Shown: positions 37,885 to 50,318 of the stretch, piece by piece
Layout: each line of letters begins with the position of its first letter
How positions within the stretch are numbered: the stretch's first letter is position 1
Assembly (NCBI GenBank): GCA_900088475.1
Contig: FLMG01001570.1
Location: 62,001 to 126,000, forward strand
Source of the DNA: Hyphochytrium catenoides
Taxonomy: Eukaryota > Protista > Hyphochytriomycota
Length of the DNA: 64,000 nucleotides
Direction: 5' to 3'
Notes under the pieces: model-generated
What the model was told of the DNA's origin: nothing
The model's input: only the letters and a program-made list of their open reading frames with translations
Database searches by the model: none
Program-made: the position numbers and the translations under genes

Positions 37885-38649
37885 TCACGTGGACTTCTTT
37901 GGTGCGATTAGAAACGTAACGGTGACTGTTTGGCTGATAACCTGGTCAGAGGAGAGAATAGGGGTTGACTTTGCGCTGGCGGCAAACCTCCCATACGACT
38001 CAGCCGCATGGAAGTGCGACCCATCCTGTGAAGCTATCACAGTCTGAATTCCGGTCACTGTGTAGCCCAAAGGTGAAAGCATTTTCAGCGCGGTCGACTG
38101 AGCGTTGAGCATCGCTTCGCCCATGAGGTCATCCCGGAGGGTCATGTACATTTGAGGAGACGCCGTATATGTGACGGAGTCCACTGAGTTAACCCCCAAC
38201 TTGACAGCCGTGTCAATGACCTTTGAGGCAAGTTCAAGCTTTGATGTCTCGACCCTTAGATTGTTCGACACCTGAAATTCAGGTTCCGGCCTAGCTTCGT
38301 CTTTGCCTGGATAAACATATGCATTTCGGTCACGAATGCTAAGGGCCGACGTCACAATTTCGGATTCTTCCTTGAGGCCGAGGTCTTTAATTCCTTGAAT
38401 GACCGCGTTCATAAGCTCGGAGTTCTTTTCCAGAGCGGCATACGCACTTCTGTCTGCGACCACAACCCCGAACTCCATCCTTAAAAGGTTGGGTTTGACG
38501 GTGGATGAAGCTGTACCGACAACGGTTATGGTGCTCTCCTTGACTCCGCATTGTTGGCCCTCTTGACCCACAGCGGAGCTTGTAGAGACAAGCAGACATC
38601 CCAGAAGGAAGCCGACCAAAGACATCCTTGTCCATGTGCGCAGTGACAT
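37885..38649 (-). CDS. SIMPL / DUF541 (YggE/BP26-like) secreted protein, intronless
   Basis: Signal peptide; TITVVGTAS..VKPN, ALEKNSELMNAVIQGIK, FQVSNNLRV, VIDTAVKLGVNSVDSVTY, C-terminal ISQTVTVTF. Confidence 0.88.
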   Translation of the reverse strand: MSLRTWTRMSLVGFLLGCLLVSTSSAVGQEGQQCGVKESTITVVGTASSTVKPNLLRMEFGVVVADRSAYAALEKNSELMNAVIQGIKDLGLKEESEIVTSALSIRDRNAYVYPGKDEARPEPEFQVSNNLRVETSKLELASKVIDTAVKLGVNSVDSVTYTASPQMYMTLRDDLMGEAMLNAQSTALKMLSPLGYTVTGIQTVIASQDGSHFHAAESYGRFAASAKSTPILSSDQVISQTVTVTFLIAPKKST

Positions 38650-39189
38650 GGTGACGTTTAGTAACTTGAAGGGGGCAACTTATAGTAGAATGAGCGGGTG
38701 CGGAGGTCCAAAGTTTGCTTGCTATGACTTCTTCTGTGACTTCCGTCAACGTTGGATATAGATGCCGGACGCGAAGGTGCAGAAGGCTACTACATTTCGT
38801 TCCTCATCAGTGCATAGCGTGATGATCCTTCGATGGAAGCTCTTCCTCTGGAAGAAAAGCTTCTTCAGATGATGACAAAGATTCCTGAAAGCCTCTGTGG
38901 AAGCTTGACCTTTGGGGCACTTCAGGTTACCTTTGGTCAGACGCCTTCAGTTATCGAAAGGAGTGTACTTCCATGATCTCTGATGAGGGACAGTGGTTCA
39001 GCGGTTTAGCGTTCTTATGCTGTATCTCGGTCGGTTTCTGTCTCTGACATCCTTAGTCTTAGTGCTGTTTATGCATCCTACTCTTTCTCGCTCTGTCTTT
39101 GGGGTCACGAGGATTAGAAAGCATCAGGTGTCGGCCCCCCTCATACACGTGCCACCGCCCTTTTTCCTCATTCCTCATTCTTTCTGGTT

Positions 39190-39275
39190 TCTCTCTCTCT
39201 CTCTCTCTCTCTCTNNNNNNNNNNNNNNNNNNNNNNNNNNNNNNNNNNNNNNNNTCTCTCTCTCTCCCTCTCTCT
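39190..39275 (+). repeat. (CT)n microsatellite interrupted by N-gap
   Basis: ctctctct... flanking N run 39215-39254. Confidence 0.9.
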
Positions 39276-39686
39276 CCCTTCGCTCTCTTTCTCTCCTCCG
39301 TGCTTCCGACTTCCTTGCCCCTTTGGTCTTCTGCTGCTGTTTCGGCTTGGCATGAAGTGAAGAAGCATGCGACCATGACGGCGACCTTAGAACTTCTGTC
39401 ATCTTCCTTCATGCACTGGCGCCCATGTCAGCTCTTGCCGGTTGAACTGCTTACGGAGAGCCCATAACGCTACTTGCAAGTGCCATTGAACACCTTCATG
39501 GTCCCCGAGAGTCAGGAAGCTATTCAAACAAATCAGACAAAAGTTCGTAAGCTCCCCAAGCTCTGAGAGACTGCCGGACTAGGACGTGGACCAAGGCCGC
39601 TTATAACTAGTACATAGCCTTCGCGGGCACTCGTGGAGGTTGCTAGTGGGACCTCACAGTCCACTGTTGCAGTGCATAGGGGAAAT

Positions 39687-40853
39687 ATGAGCTGGGAAAA
39701 GCTGAACGCTAATCCGAAGGTGTACGCAGTCATCAAGCCTCAGAAGGAGGAGGCGGTGACAGAGTTTCTTGATGAAGATGCCATCGATGACTTCGATAGC
39801 AAAGAGGTTTTTGGTGAGAATGACAAGCAAAATTGTGATGGCGCATCCACGTCGCTCTCCTTTCTTAAGTTCCGTCTTTTAGAGTAAGCCTCCTTCTCTC
39901 CCTGTTGTTCAAGGCTGGTAGACGTTGGCGTCAACACTCTTAGCTAAGACGGAAGTTGTACCTCATGCTCTCCTTACCTTCGTTGCTTGGCTCGCAACTT
40001 CTGTATTGTGCCATGTCTTCTACATGTGGCTCAGTCCGCTCAATTTCACAACTGCTTCGCCTGTGTCCTGCCATTGGTTATGGGGCTGTGGCTGACTATC
40101 GGCTTTCTATAGAGATGATACGGCATGTGAACGACCCAGAGCACCCTTTGACTTTAGAGCAGCTGAACGTGACGTCAGCCCAGAATATAGCTGTAGACAA
40201 CGATAAGAATCAGGTCGAGGTGCTCTTCACACCAACTATCCCACATTGCAGGTAGGTTATTGTTGAAGTGTCTCTAATGGTTCTTGAGTTATCTACCTTT
40301 GAGCTTGTTGGTTGCCATTTAACGGCCAGGATAGGTTTATGATGTGATCAGCCCGTGCGATTGTTGAGCTTCTCCTTGGTGAAGTGCTTCTCGTCGGTCT
40401 ATTCCCCCCTCCTGCGCCAGATGTCGCTGTCAGCAGCTAGCGGTTCTAACTATAGATATCTATGCAGTATGGCAACCTTAATAGGGCTTTGCATTCGGGT
40501 GAAGCTTATACGTTCCTTGCCTACGCGATTCAAGGTGGCGGTCAAAATATATCCGGGCTCACATCAATCGGAGGGTGCAGGTTGGCAGCAATATTCTCGT
40601 CAAAACCTTCTCCGCTTTGGCCTATCTCTTAGAGAGCGCGAGGCGTTTTGACTTGATACGCTTTTCTCCCAGTTTTATGTTGGTTATTCAGGCACTACCA
40701 CACTGCTTTTGTCTAGAACGTTTCTCACTCGACCTTTCCTTGTTGTCTGCAGTGAACAAACAGCTCAATGATAAAGAGCGCGTAGCGGCTGCACTAGAGA
40801 ATAGACATCTGCTGGAGGTTGTGAACAAATGCATAGCGAACACCGATTACTAG
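39687..40853 (+). CDS. CIAO2B: Cytosolic Fe-S assembly component CIA2B / MIP18 (FAM96B)
   Basis: [72 protein letters not shown]. Confidence 0.95.
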
Positions 40854-41146
40854 ACAAGCTCAGTTTTCAAGACCACACGTATCTCTCAGCTGAAACTTTA
40901 GCACCTTGCTAATGGCTCTGCTTCCGCCATTCTTTCTAATCAATAAATTATTCCCTGTAGCCTACCATGGCTCTCTACGCACTGTCAAGGTCGTTGTTGG
41001 CAGCTTGATTGTCTATGTGGGGACCCTCTTCCTGTATGCTCTTCAGACTGTGATCGTCATTTGTGCTGAGCATCCCCCCAGGTCTGTCAGCCTCTACTGT
41101 CTTGATTTGACCATCTTCCTTGCTATCTCCGCCAGCCTCAGTTTCC

Positions 41147-42200
41147 TCATGCCCTGCCATGGGTTGGTTGATTGGCTTGCAGTCTACTACTCAGCGCCTC
41201 GATCTTTGCTTCTTTGATACGAAGCAATTGCTCCAACTTGGAGACCTTGAGCTCAAGGATCTGTATTGGCGGGGCAATGGTTATTTGCCTTGGCACCACG
41301 TCGTCGTCCCCTTGTGAGCACTTGGGGCACTTACCCGCACAGTATCCTGTAGATCTTTGATCTCCTGATCTTTCTCCACTATTACGGAAAAGTCTCCTCG
41401 GCTTGCACTAGAAAACCAACATGAGTAAAATAGGACATCAAGGAGGCGACAACTGCACAAGATAGATGGGCGAGGATTGCACTTTCCATGCAGGACCTGA
41501 GATAGGGTTGCACCGTCAGAAGTTTATTGCCATACCTTCTGTCATCTTGTATGGAGCTGTACTCATAACGGCTGCTGAGGGTGGACAAGTCAGGGTTGTT
41601 CTGCTCTTGGGGCTCCTCTCTTGCTGAGAAGGATCCATCAGCATCCGCGATCGCAGGTCTTTCTCCCGAAGTTTTCCTAGGTTTATATTGAGCCAGCTGG
41701 GAGCAGAAGTTAGGTCCGTCTATCTGCCAAACACAAGAAACAGCGGTACCTTAAGCTGCAAACGGGAAAGAAAAGCTTCTATCTCTCCGGCTTTACAGTT
41801 GACAAGGTCTTCAACCTGTGGCTTAGATAGCTGGCAGTTGAGTCTTCGGAGCACCTTCTCTATCATAGAGGATGAGTCAAGGAGGAGTATCCAGAGTTTG
41901 ATGCTGCTTCTTACGGTTTAAGGTATTCCAGTTGAGGACTTTCTGCTGCACGGAGCTGCAACCAGGATAGTTATGAAGCTCCACCAAGCGGGGATGGTAG
42001 TGCGCAACAATTTCTGCCACGAGGACTATTTGAAGGTCAGTCGGAGGGCATAACTTTGATAGAAGCACGAGCGAAGTAAGTGCTAATGCAGGCTAACCTC
42101 CGTCACTGAAGTCTCTAGCAATATTCCTCTTGGGTCTTGAGAGTGGCACCTCATCAACCCAGGCATAGACCTTTTGCAGCTCCTCATCGGAGAGCGTCAT
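41147..42200 (-). CDS. SPEF1: Sperm flagellar protein 1 / CLAMP (CH domain plus C-terminal coiled coil)
   Basis: LQKVYAWVDEVPLSRPKRNIARDFSDGVLVAEIVAHYHPRLVELHNY...NWNTLNRKV; C-terminal ILELKVSKLEQLLRIKEAKIEAL. Confidence 0.93.
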
Positions 42201-43033
42201 GTTTATCTTTTCTGTCTTCCGACGACTGCTTCCGAGACGAAATGCGTCCACTTAGCTCTGTACTCCGGCAAGGCGCTAGTCAATACGAGAGCGCATGAGT
42301 ACCACTGACAAAGCTAGACTCAACGTGCCGCACAGAGCCTCTACGGGCCTGGACAAGCGATAGCGCCAGCTTCGGCCGTCGCCACGATGATGATGATGAG
42401 TCTGATGATGGCCCGATGAGCCGATGAGAGAGCCTGACTTGGGCCCACACCTGTCAACAGAGAAAGGATGCGACCGTTATTATGTCATCAGCACTGTACG
42501 ACCGTATAACCGTGTTCGGCGTCGATGTTATTGAACAGTCATTGGTGCTGTACAGGTTACTGGTAACGGCTATAACTACAACCTCCTTTTATCAGTTCCT
42601 GTGTCCTTTCGATAAGAAAAGCTCCTGCTTCTTTTCTCCCTCTCACTTCTCTAGCTCGCTCATGACCTTCATCATCCGCTCAAGGTCTCTGGGGCACTCT
42701 CTGGCTGTCGATAGGAAGATGCACCTTGCCCGTCCGCCCGCCCAGCGTTCAAAAGTTGTCGTGCTCCCCATCATCCGCTGCGAAGATCTCTGACCTGAAG
42801 AGTGCCATCGGCTGCTGAAGACGACCATTCTATACGTGGTTGTCACCCTTCTACCACTCCACCCCGTGACATATGAGAGTCTACTGCGTTCTCTGTCGGT
42901 AGCTGGGTTGCAAGTCCAGACTGGTAGCGTTAATTGTGCCCTGCAATTGCAGCACGGAGCTACGCCTAAGATCCTGAGCATCATTTTGACCACGAGTACT
43001 TGGTTGCCAGTTCACCAGTCCCATCGAGACGGG

Positions 43034-43562
43034 ATGACAAACCTCTGGAACTCGGCTGGTGGTTTGGCTCTGATTGGGCTTATACTAAATTGTCCAACTG
43101 TGCACTGCCGCTGTTATCGCTACCCGAAGGGCATTTATTGTGACTCAGACGACGAAGCAGTTGCTGAAGTGGCCTGGGTGACCCTCTGGGGGTTCTGGAC
43201 AATGATCTTCCTTCTCCTTTGCGCTTGTTCTGGAGGGGGATACTACTATCAGAGAAGGTACTTACACACTCGCTCTCGCTCTCTCAGCGACTAATCTTGC
43301 AGTTACGGTTTGCGCTTGTGATGCCTATCTGTCTCAATCCTTAAGCAACTGCCTTGCCTACAGGTACCTGGGGAGTGAAGTCTACCAGCAAGGAGAGGTG
43401 TACGAGCCTTTTATTGTCACAAAGCAGCCATATTCAGCATATGTCCCACCCAAACCATCGAAGAGGCCATCAGGCGCAGAAAAGTTCAAAACGGAAGAGT
43501 CCATTATGGAGGATGGGAGGAATGTGCCAGAAAATCAGCAGCGAAGAGCATGCAGTGCTTGA
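43034..43562 (+). CDS. Small type I membrane protein (signal peptide, Cys-rich mini-ectodomain, TM, Tyr/Pro-rich tail); 2 exons
   Basis: MTNLWNSAGGLALIGLILNCPTVHCRCYRYPKGIYCD...VAWVTLWGFWTMIFLLLCACSGGGYYYQRR|YLGSEVYQQGEVYEPF...; phase-compatible GT-AG intron about 43258-43362. Confidence 0.65.
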
Positions 43563-43744
43563 AAGCATCTGCAAAATAAATAAGTACTGTAGGCATTCGC
43601 GTCGCTAGTGTCTGAGGAGGGACTGGGAAGAGAAAGAACTGGGAATGCAAAAGAAACCCGAAAACGATGGGCCGTAGAGAGAACGACAAACGGGTGATTG
43701 GTCAAGGAAGCAGAGTATTTGGAGGGCCTCGCCAGTAGAGGCAG

Positions 43745-45583
43745 TCAGCTTGCCCGACTCCGATCCGACAGCCAGACGCTAACCACATAGTACCATCGTG
43801 AGCCGTCGGAGGCCTAAGAATGAAGATTAGGTTAGACCCAGGGCCCTAACCCTCGCAAACGCAGATGGTTACCGTAGCTTTGAGAATAAAAGTTCGTTCA
43901 ACGGAGAAGCAAAGACAAATAGACAATGACTCTAGATTTGCTAACCTGGTCATCCACCCAGACCATTCCTTGAGACACCAGGTGCTGCAAAGCCTGGTCT
44001 GCTCTTCTTTTATCCCAGCCCAGCCGTGTCCTGATGAGAGAGACAGAAACGGCACCTTGGTTATTCTCCGCCAGCTCGAGCACCGTCGTCTGATCGGAGT
44101 TGAGCTCCATCGGAACCGATACCACCTGCAAGCAGGATTAGGATTAGAAATCTATCATACTCTTACACGACGTGGGCTCCTTTCGCTGGAACACTGTGAG
44201 TTAGCATCTTAGCTTGCTCAGCAACCCTCTAGCTAGAGCTGCGGTGACCTCCTTAACAAAACTGCGTCTTCCCATCTCAACCTTGTGCTCATTTGACAGA
44301 AGTGCTCGTGGACCGTCCCGTCCTTACCAAAGTCTTTCCTCCCACCGAGTAGAGCTTGAAGCCATTTCCTAGAACTTTTAGCTTCTCGATGGATCGCCTC
44401 ACGTCGTCCTCCGAGACAAGCTAGTGCCACAAGGTGGGTCAGTCGTCTGAAAGGAGGTGACATGGCAAAGGACTCGAGAAAGAGGAGTATAAAACCTAGA
44501 CGGAACGCACTGGAGGCAATTGTACCTGAACCGTTCCTCCTCTGCGTCTATTGACCAGCCTCGTAAGGTCCTGAAGATCTATCAGCCCACCATTTTGATT
44601 TCTAAGGATCGAGTGTAAGGAAGAGGGTCATGCAACTGCTTGGGGTCTTTCTTCCCTCCTCCCACTTGTCAAGCCAGCTCCCACTCATAGAATTAGGTAC
44701 ATATCTTTCCCCTGCCTCACACCCTATTGGTCGCCTCCTTGACCTTCGCTCATACCACCGCTAACGCCTTCAGCGCACTGATTGTGTAGTCACTGCTCTC
44801 CACAAATCCATAAGCCTCCAGTCACAACTAAGAGTCCTCTTTCCTCTCAGCTCTGAGTCGAGCTTCGTGCACATCCCATTGCCTAGCTCCCTCAACCATT
44901 AGTCGCTTCCTTTCCTTGCGTGGTATGTGTATGGCCCTCTAAGTATCAAGAGTGGTACCTGGTAGCGATACAGATGTCCGCAACCTGTACTCCCAGCTCG
45001 AAGTAGAAGTCACCTACTCCCAGGAGTTCGGACCAGTAGCCTTTGTTAGAGGCAAGAGGATCGACACCGATGGTGGAGCACATCTGCTGGAACCTAGCCA
45101 ACATTAGACAGCAGAGGAGAGGAGAGAGACGAAGAGGTAGAGGAAGCTTTAACGTACATCACGGGAGGAGACAGCAGAGGGGAGCACGAGAGAATTCACG
45201 CTACGATGGGAAGCGAAGGCAGCATGAAGGTCAGGCGGGATGGTAGGAACGGGAGGTTCTGTAAGCATGCCGAAGGCAAGAGCAAGCGTGACAAAGAAGG
45301 GGAAGTAGGGGCTCCATAGAGACCAGGAAAGATAGAGCGCTATACGATTGTAGATATACGATGTGAAAGCAGCTTACTGGGCTCTGAAAGATGGATCCTT
45401 CCTGATGTCATTCTTATGCATCACAGCGAACTTCTCCAATTTGTTCTTAAACTCCGTCATCTGCACCTGCACATGCTGCAATGTCTCTTCGGCCAGCTTC
45501 TGGCCAGCCTGCTCTATCTGCTGCCTCTGCTGTTGAGCCCGTAGGATCCCAGCCATACCCGGCCGGCTCCTGCGAGAAGCCAT
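43745..45583 (-). CDS. SNF8: ESCRT-II subunit VPS22 / SNF8
   Basis: [72 protein letters not shown]...GMVWVDDQ. Confidence 0.95.
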
Positions 45584-46202
45584 GTTCCTATGACAGTGAA
45601 GACGGTGTCACCAGGAGTCCTGGGTGGCCAAGGGTCAGATACGCAGCGCAGCTGGTGACGAAGTGAAGGTGAATGACTTCTAAGAAGCTGCGCTGCTGCT
45701 GCCTTGGCATGTTCGGCAACCATCTCACTGTGCGAGGAAAAAATGCCCCTCTAAGATAAAGCAAGGTCTTCTTACCATCTAAGGGTAATAAGGCCTTACT
45801 TCCTCTTTACTCTTTACCAAGGTTCAAGACTCTTTCTGACTAATCTGCTCGCCTGAAGTAAGGGCTTTACAGTCGGTAACGGCTAGGATTCTGTTGCATC
45901 AGTTTGTTAGAAAGGCTACAGAAGTGAAGAACTTTCATGTTCAATGATAGGAAAATCAGTCATCGGCTTTGGATGAACCTTTATCGGGTCAGCAACGAAG
46001 AAGTTGCCTTTTCGGGGTGAAAGGCAGGAGGGCAGAAGCGCATTGCAGCGAGACTGCAACAGCAACGGCGTGAAAGAAGAGGTGAGGGTAGTTATTCTTT
46101 GGTGCCACCGCAGGGTTAGAGCACACTCAAAGCTCAAAAAAAGAAGACGAGGGCCTAACGTCGGATACTTGTGCGAAGGTGCGCAGAGGTCCAGCGGGAG
46201 CA

Positions 46203-47779
46203 ATGACGGCGAGTTGGGCTGCAGCTTTAACAAAGGCACGGCCGCGGGTGCCTTTGGACTCTTTCAGAAAGTTTAGTCGGACCTACGCGTCCACAAGCCA
46301 GCGTACGTGGATAGCTGGGCCGGGTGGCAGCAGCTTTACTACGCCTCCTGCTGCCCAGCTCATCCCTATGGTGCTGGAACAGAGGTACATGCCTTCTCTC
46401 AATGTTAAGAGGCTCCGATTGACGAAGTCTTCCGTTTGACTCATTCTGCAGTGCACGGGGAGAGAGAGTGTATGATATTTATTCGCGACTTCTCAAGGAG
46501 AGGATCATATGCTTGCACGGACCGGTAGGTGGACAAGCTGATAGATCCTGCAAGTGCCTCATGCTTCGTAAACCTTCCTTACTGCTCTTATTGCGCGCGC
46601 CCCGTCTCTTCTCTGATGCCTCTCTTCCTTTCTTCCGCGTCTCGTTTACCTGCATCCTCTGTTTAGGTTCACGACCAGGTGGCGTCAGTGGTCTCCGCCC
46701 AGCTACTTTATTTGGAGGTAAACCATCGTAACAATGCTTTGGAAGTGAATTTCCATTGTCCTCTGCCTCTAAGTTCCAGCCTACTGTCTCTTTTTCCTTA
46801 ACTCTTGGTGTTTGACAATGCGAAGGCAGAAAATCCTGAGAAGGACATATACATGTACATCAACAGCCCAGGAGGGATAGTGACCTCAGGGCTTGCCATC
46901 TACGACACAATGCAGGTACCCGATCTCAACTCGATGCAAAGTCTCTCTCTCTCTCTCTCTTCCTATGACGGCTCCGCCATCGTCCTCCAATATCCCATGT
47001 TATCTCATACCTGATTACAATCTCTTGTCAGCAAAGCCACTATTGAACGTATCCTCTTGACGTCTTGCGAACTTCTCCATTGTTGGCCAGCTATAAGTCC
47101 TTTAACGGCCTTGATTCTCTTTTCTCCTTGGGCACTGTGGGAGCAGTACATCCAACCTGATGTAAGCACCATCTGCATGGGTCAAGCTGCTTCGATGGGC
47201 GCTGTGCTACTTGCAGGGGGAACTAAGGGAAAGCGGATATCACTGCCCAACTCTAGGGTAAGAATTAGATCTCACCTGCATAGAAGAGAGAGGCTATCGA
47301 CAGCGGTAATCTGACCAGGGTTACCTCTATAGATAATGCTCCATCAACCGTCTGGCGGAGCTCAAGGCATGGCAGCGGATATTGAGATTCAAGCGAAAGA
47401 AATTCTGTCCCTTCGCCATAGGTGTGGAGCCCTACCTCTCTAGGCAATTACTTCTTCCTTTGTTCGTGCTGGAACATCAGTTGCAGCGTATCTGCGCTCC
47501 CCCTAGTTGTCAGGAGGGAGATGTTATAGTCTTAGTTATTCCATTTCACATCAACCTCACATATTGCTTCTGCTGCACTCTCAAAGGTTGAACAAGATCC
47601 TTTGCCAACATACTGGTCAGCCGATGGATGTGATTGAGAAAACGGTGGACAGAGATTATTTCATGGACGCACAGGCCGCCAAAGAGTTCGGTGTCATCGA
47701 CGAAGTGATTACCCTCCGAACCCAGTCCCACGCAGAGACCACCAGGACCGTCGGGACTGACAAGACCGACAAGTTATAA
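46203..47779 (+). CDS. CLPP: ATP-dependent Clp protease proteolytic subunit, mitochondrial-type transit peptide
   Basis: [41 protein letters not shown] (catalytic Ser), IMLHQPSGG (His), DRDYFM (Asp); Arg-rich N-terminus. Confidence 0.96.
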
Positions 47780-48088
47780 AAGAGAAAAAGGACCCTTTAC
47801 GTCGCATTTCAATAAAGCTTTTTAGTGCTCAGAACATGGACGACGAGGCAAGTAAGACTATCGAACTAGATATACCTTTTTAGGGAGCATACGCCGCCTA
47901 GAATCAATTTGCCCATCCAAGTCGAGTTCTTTGTGCCGCAATCGTGTTGGCAAAGTACTTCGCTTATCTCGGCCCTCGGGCCAGCAATCGATAGCTCTTA
48001 ACTCTAGGTCTATCCTCATAAATACCTCTAATGATGACCGGTGAAAGAGCAGGTTACCACCCCAAGCACTTAACACATAACTAACTTC

Positions 48089-50318
48089 TCAGGTCTCGTC
48101 AGATATATTGAATCTCCTTTGTTCGCGCTGTAGTCTCTCTCTTTCTGTCTGGATCTCTTTCAAAAGCTCTTGTTGAAGCTCGGCTCGATCATGAAGCATC
48201 CTTTCCCTGACCTTCACCAGTTGCTGCTTCTCACGCACCGCATCTTTTCGCTTTTCCTTGTAGCTTTTCCATCTCTCCTCATGCTTCTTTACCTTCACTT
48301 GTGCTTCGACGAGAGACGTAAGAACTTTCGATGTCTCTTGCTGAGCGTTCGCCGTTGCAAGCTGCTGCTCTCTGAGATCTGCTTCCAGTTTATTAACCTG
48401 TTGTTCTTTCTCTGCAAGTAAAATATTGGCTGTCGAGAGCTCGGTAGAAAGCCTAAAGACCCGTCCATGCAGCACAGCTAACATTTGGTCTGCAGGTAGT
48501 TCAGCCTCGTTCTCGGCTAGGTTTGCGTCTTCGGCTCTCGGTGGCTATCCAAAGACGGCGAGGACTTAGATTGCAGTATGGGTACCTGGCCGACCTCTGG
48601 CACGCTCTTACCGACTTTGTAGCCCTAGATACTGGTACGGTCGCGGGCCTCACAGAAGTTCTTGTACTTGACTCTCTATAGAGATTCTTTGAAAGCTCCC
48701 TATATTTCCCTAGCGCTCCCGGGTAGCCGGAAAGCAGGGCTTCCATTATTTGAGCCCTGGCATTAACTGTTGCGAGGTCGTTCTGTAGCTTTCTGGCCTC
48801 TGATGTCAATGCCCTGATCTGCTCCAAGGCCCCGTTCTTGTCCGTATCAAAATGTTCCAGTTCCTGAAGGGACAAGGCGAGAAAGACTTCAGAAAGTGCT
48901 GTGCAGCGTGAAAGAAAGCTTGTAGGCTAGCTCACGCAAAATAGGAGATTATAAGCCTTACAAGTGTCAATTCTCGCCTGATCTGCACTTGTCGGTTATA
49001 TGCTTTCATCGAGCAAAGAGGCCCATACCTTCTCCACAAGCTTGATAAAGGCAGACCGTTCGGCCAAGGCTCTCTCCCTTTCTGCGATCAATGCATCCTT
49101 GTCACGCAAATTGGCCTCCAGTCCACTGATCTTGCATAAGAGGTCATCCATTATTCCTTCCTCGGCAGTCTTCTGCGACTGAACATGGTGAAGCTGGGTC
49201 TGAGCTGTGGTAAGCCGACTCCTGAGTTCCAATAAATCACCCTGAAGCTGCAAGTTTTCATGGACCAGTCGAATTTCGTTCTCACTGCGTCGCTGCTGGA
49301 TCTTAAGATCTTCACTAGGTTGTGCGAGGTTGTGAAGCCGAACAACAGAGCTCGGGGACAAGGAAGTTTGTGTTGAGGAGGTTACTAGTGTAAGACGTGT
49401 TTGCGTCGAAGAGGTTACCATGCTTTTGTCTTCTGATACTGTCGGCTTTTGGGTTGTAGCAGCTCGTACGTCAAGAAAGAGCTTCTGGAGCTCTTCCTGA
49501 ACTCCACGGATAGAGCTCACCTGTTCATATAGAGCTGCCAAAGAGTCTGAGAAGCTCCCATTTTGATTCTCTGACAGTGTTTGAGAAGGAAGAAATCGGT
49601 CATGGTCATGCTCCTTGGAAACTGCACCTGAGTAGTCCTGTTCTGTCACACCTGTCGTAGACGAGCAACGATCGACGAGTTTTTTCTCGCTCCTACCATC
49701 TTCCCTTTGAATCGATTTGTCACTGTCTCTGATGGATAGGCTTGAAGAGACTGTTGGTTCCTCATTGGAAGGCTCAAAAGTATAAGAAGTACGAGAAGTC
49801 CTTTCATTGGATGAAGGGATTCTTGCGTGGGTGGTAGGAACAAACCCTCCCAATCCACCCTCTCTTGTCCGAGAGGCCCCGCTTCCTAAATTGTCCTTGC
49901 GGTGTTGAGGGCAAGACACACAATCCGTTGCTACCCTTTCCTTGGTAGGTCCTGAACCGGCTGGAACTGATCCCATCTCCGGACTAAGCTGTCCATTGGT
50001 CGATGTCGACTTGGCACTTGAAGTAGTCTGGGGTTCTTCCCTGGCATTCCCATGCCAGCTTCTCGCTGAATGGAGTAGTTGTCGGTTTTCTAACTCTATG
50101 CCGCTCAGCCGCTCGGTAAGCATATCAATGAGCTGATCTCTCTCGTGTATGTTTTGATCTACGAGGGTGTCAACTTGTGCCAGTTTCTCAGAGACGTAGT
50201 GAAATCTACGCTCATATTGCTCGAGCTCTGCAACTCGAGCTGACAAGTCTCTAAGTTTGGCCCGTCGTGCTCGTGGTGAGCCCGTGATCTTGCGGTCAAG
50301 ATCCAATCTCGTATGCAT
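48089..50318 (-). CDS. Orphan coiled-coil protein (about 3 exons)
   Basis: 440-aa ORF plus two downstream ORFs with heptad-like E/K/Q/L-rich segments and a Ser/Thr-rich disordered middle; no family recognised. Confidence 0.65.

Noticed and set aside
6372-45874. Shared 13-mer GGGCTTTACAGTC in two divergent intergenic regions (6372, 45862)
   Set aside because: Many shared 13-mers are expected by chance in 64 kb.
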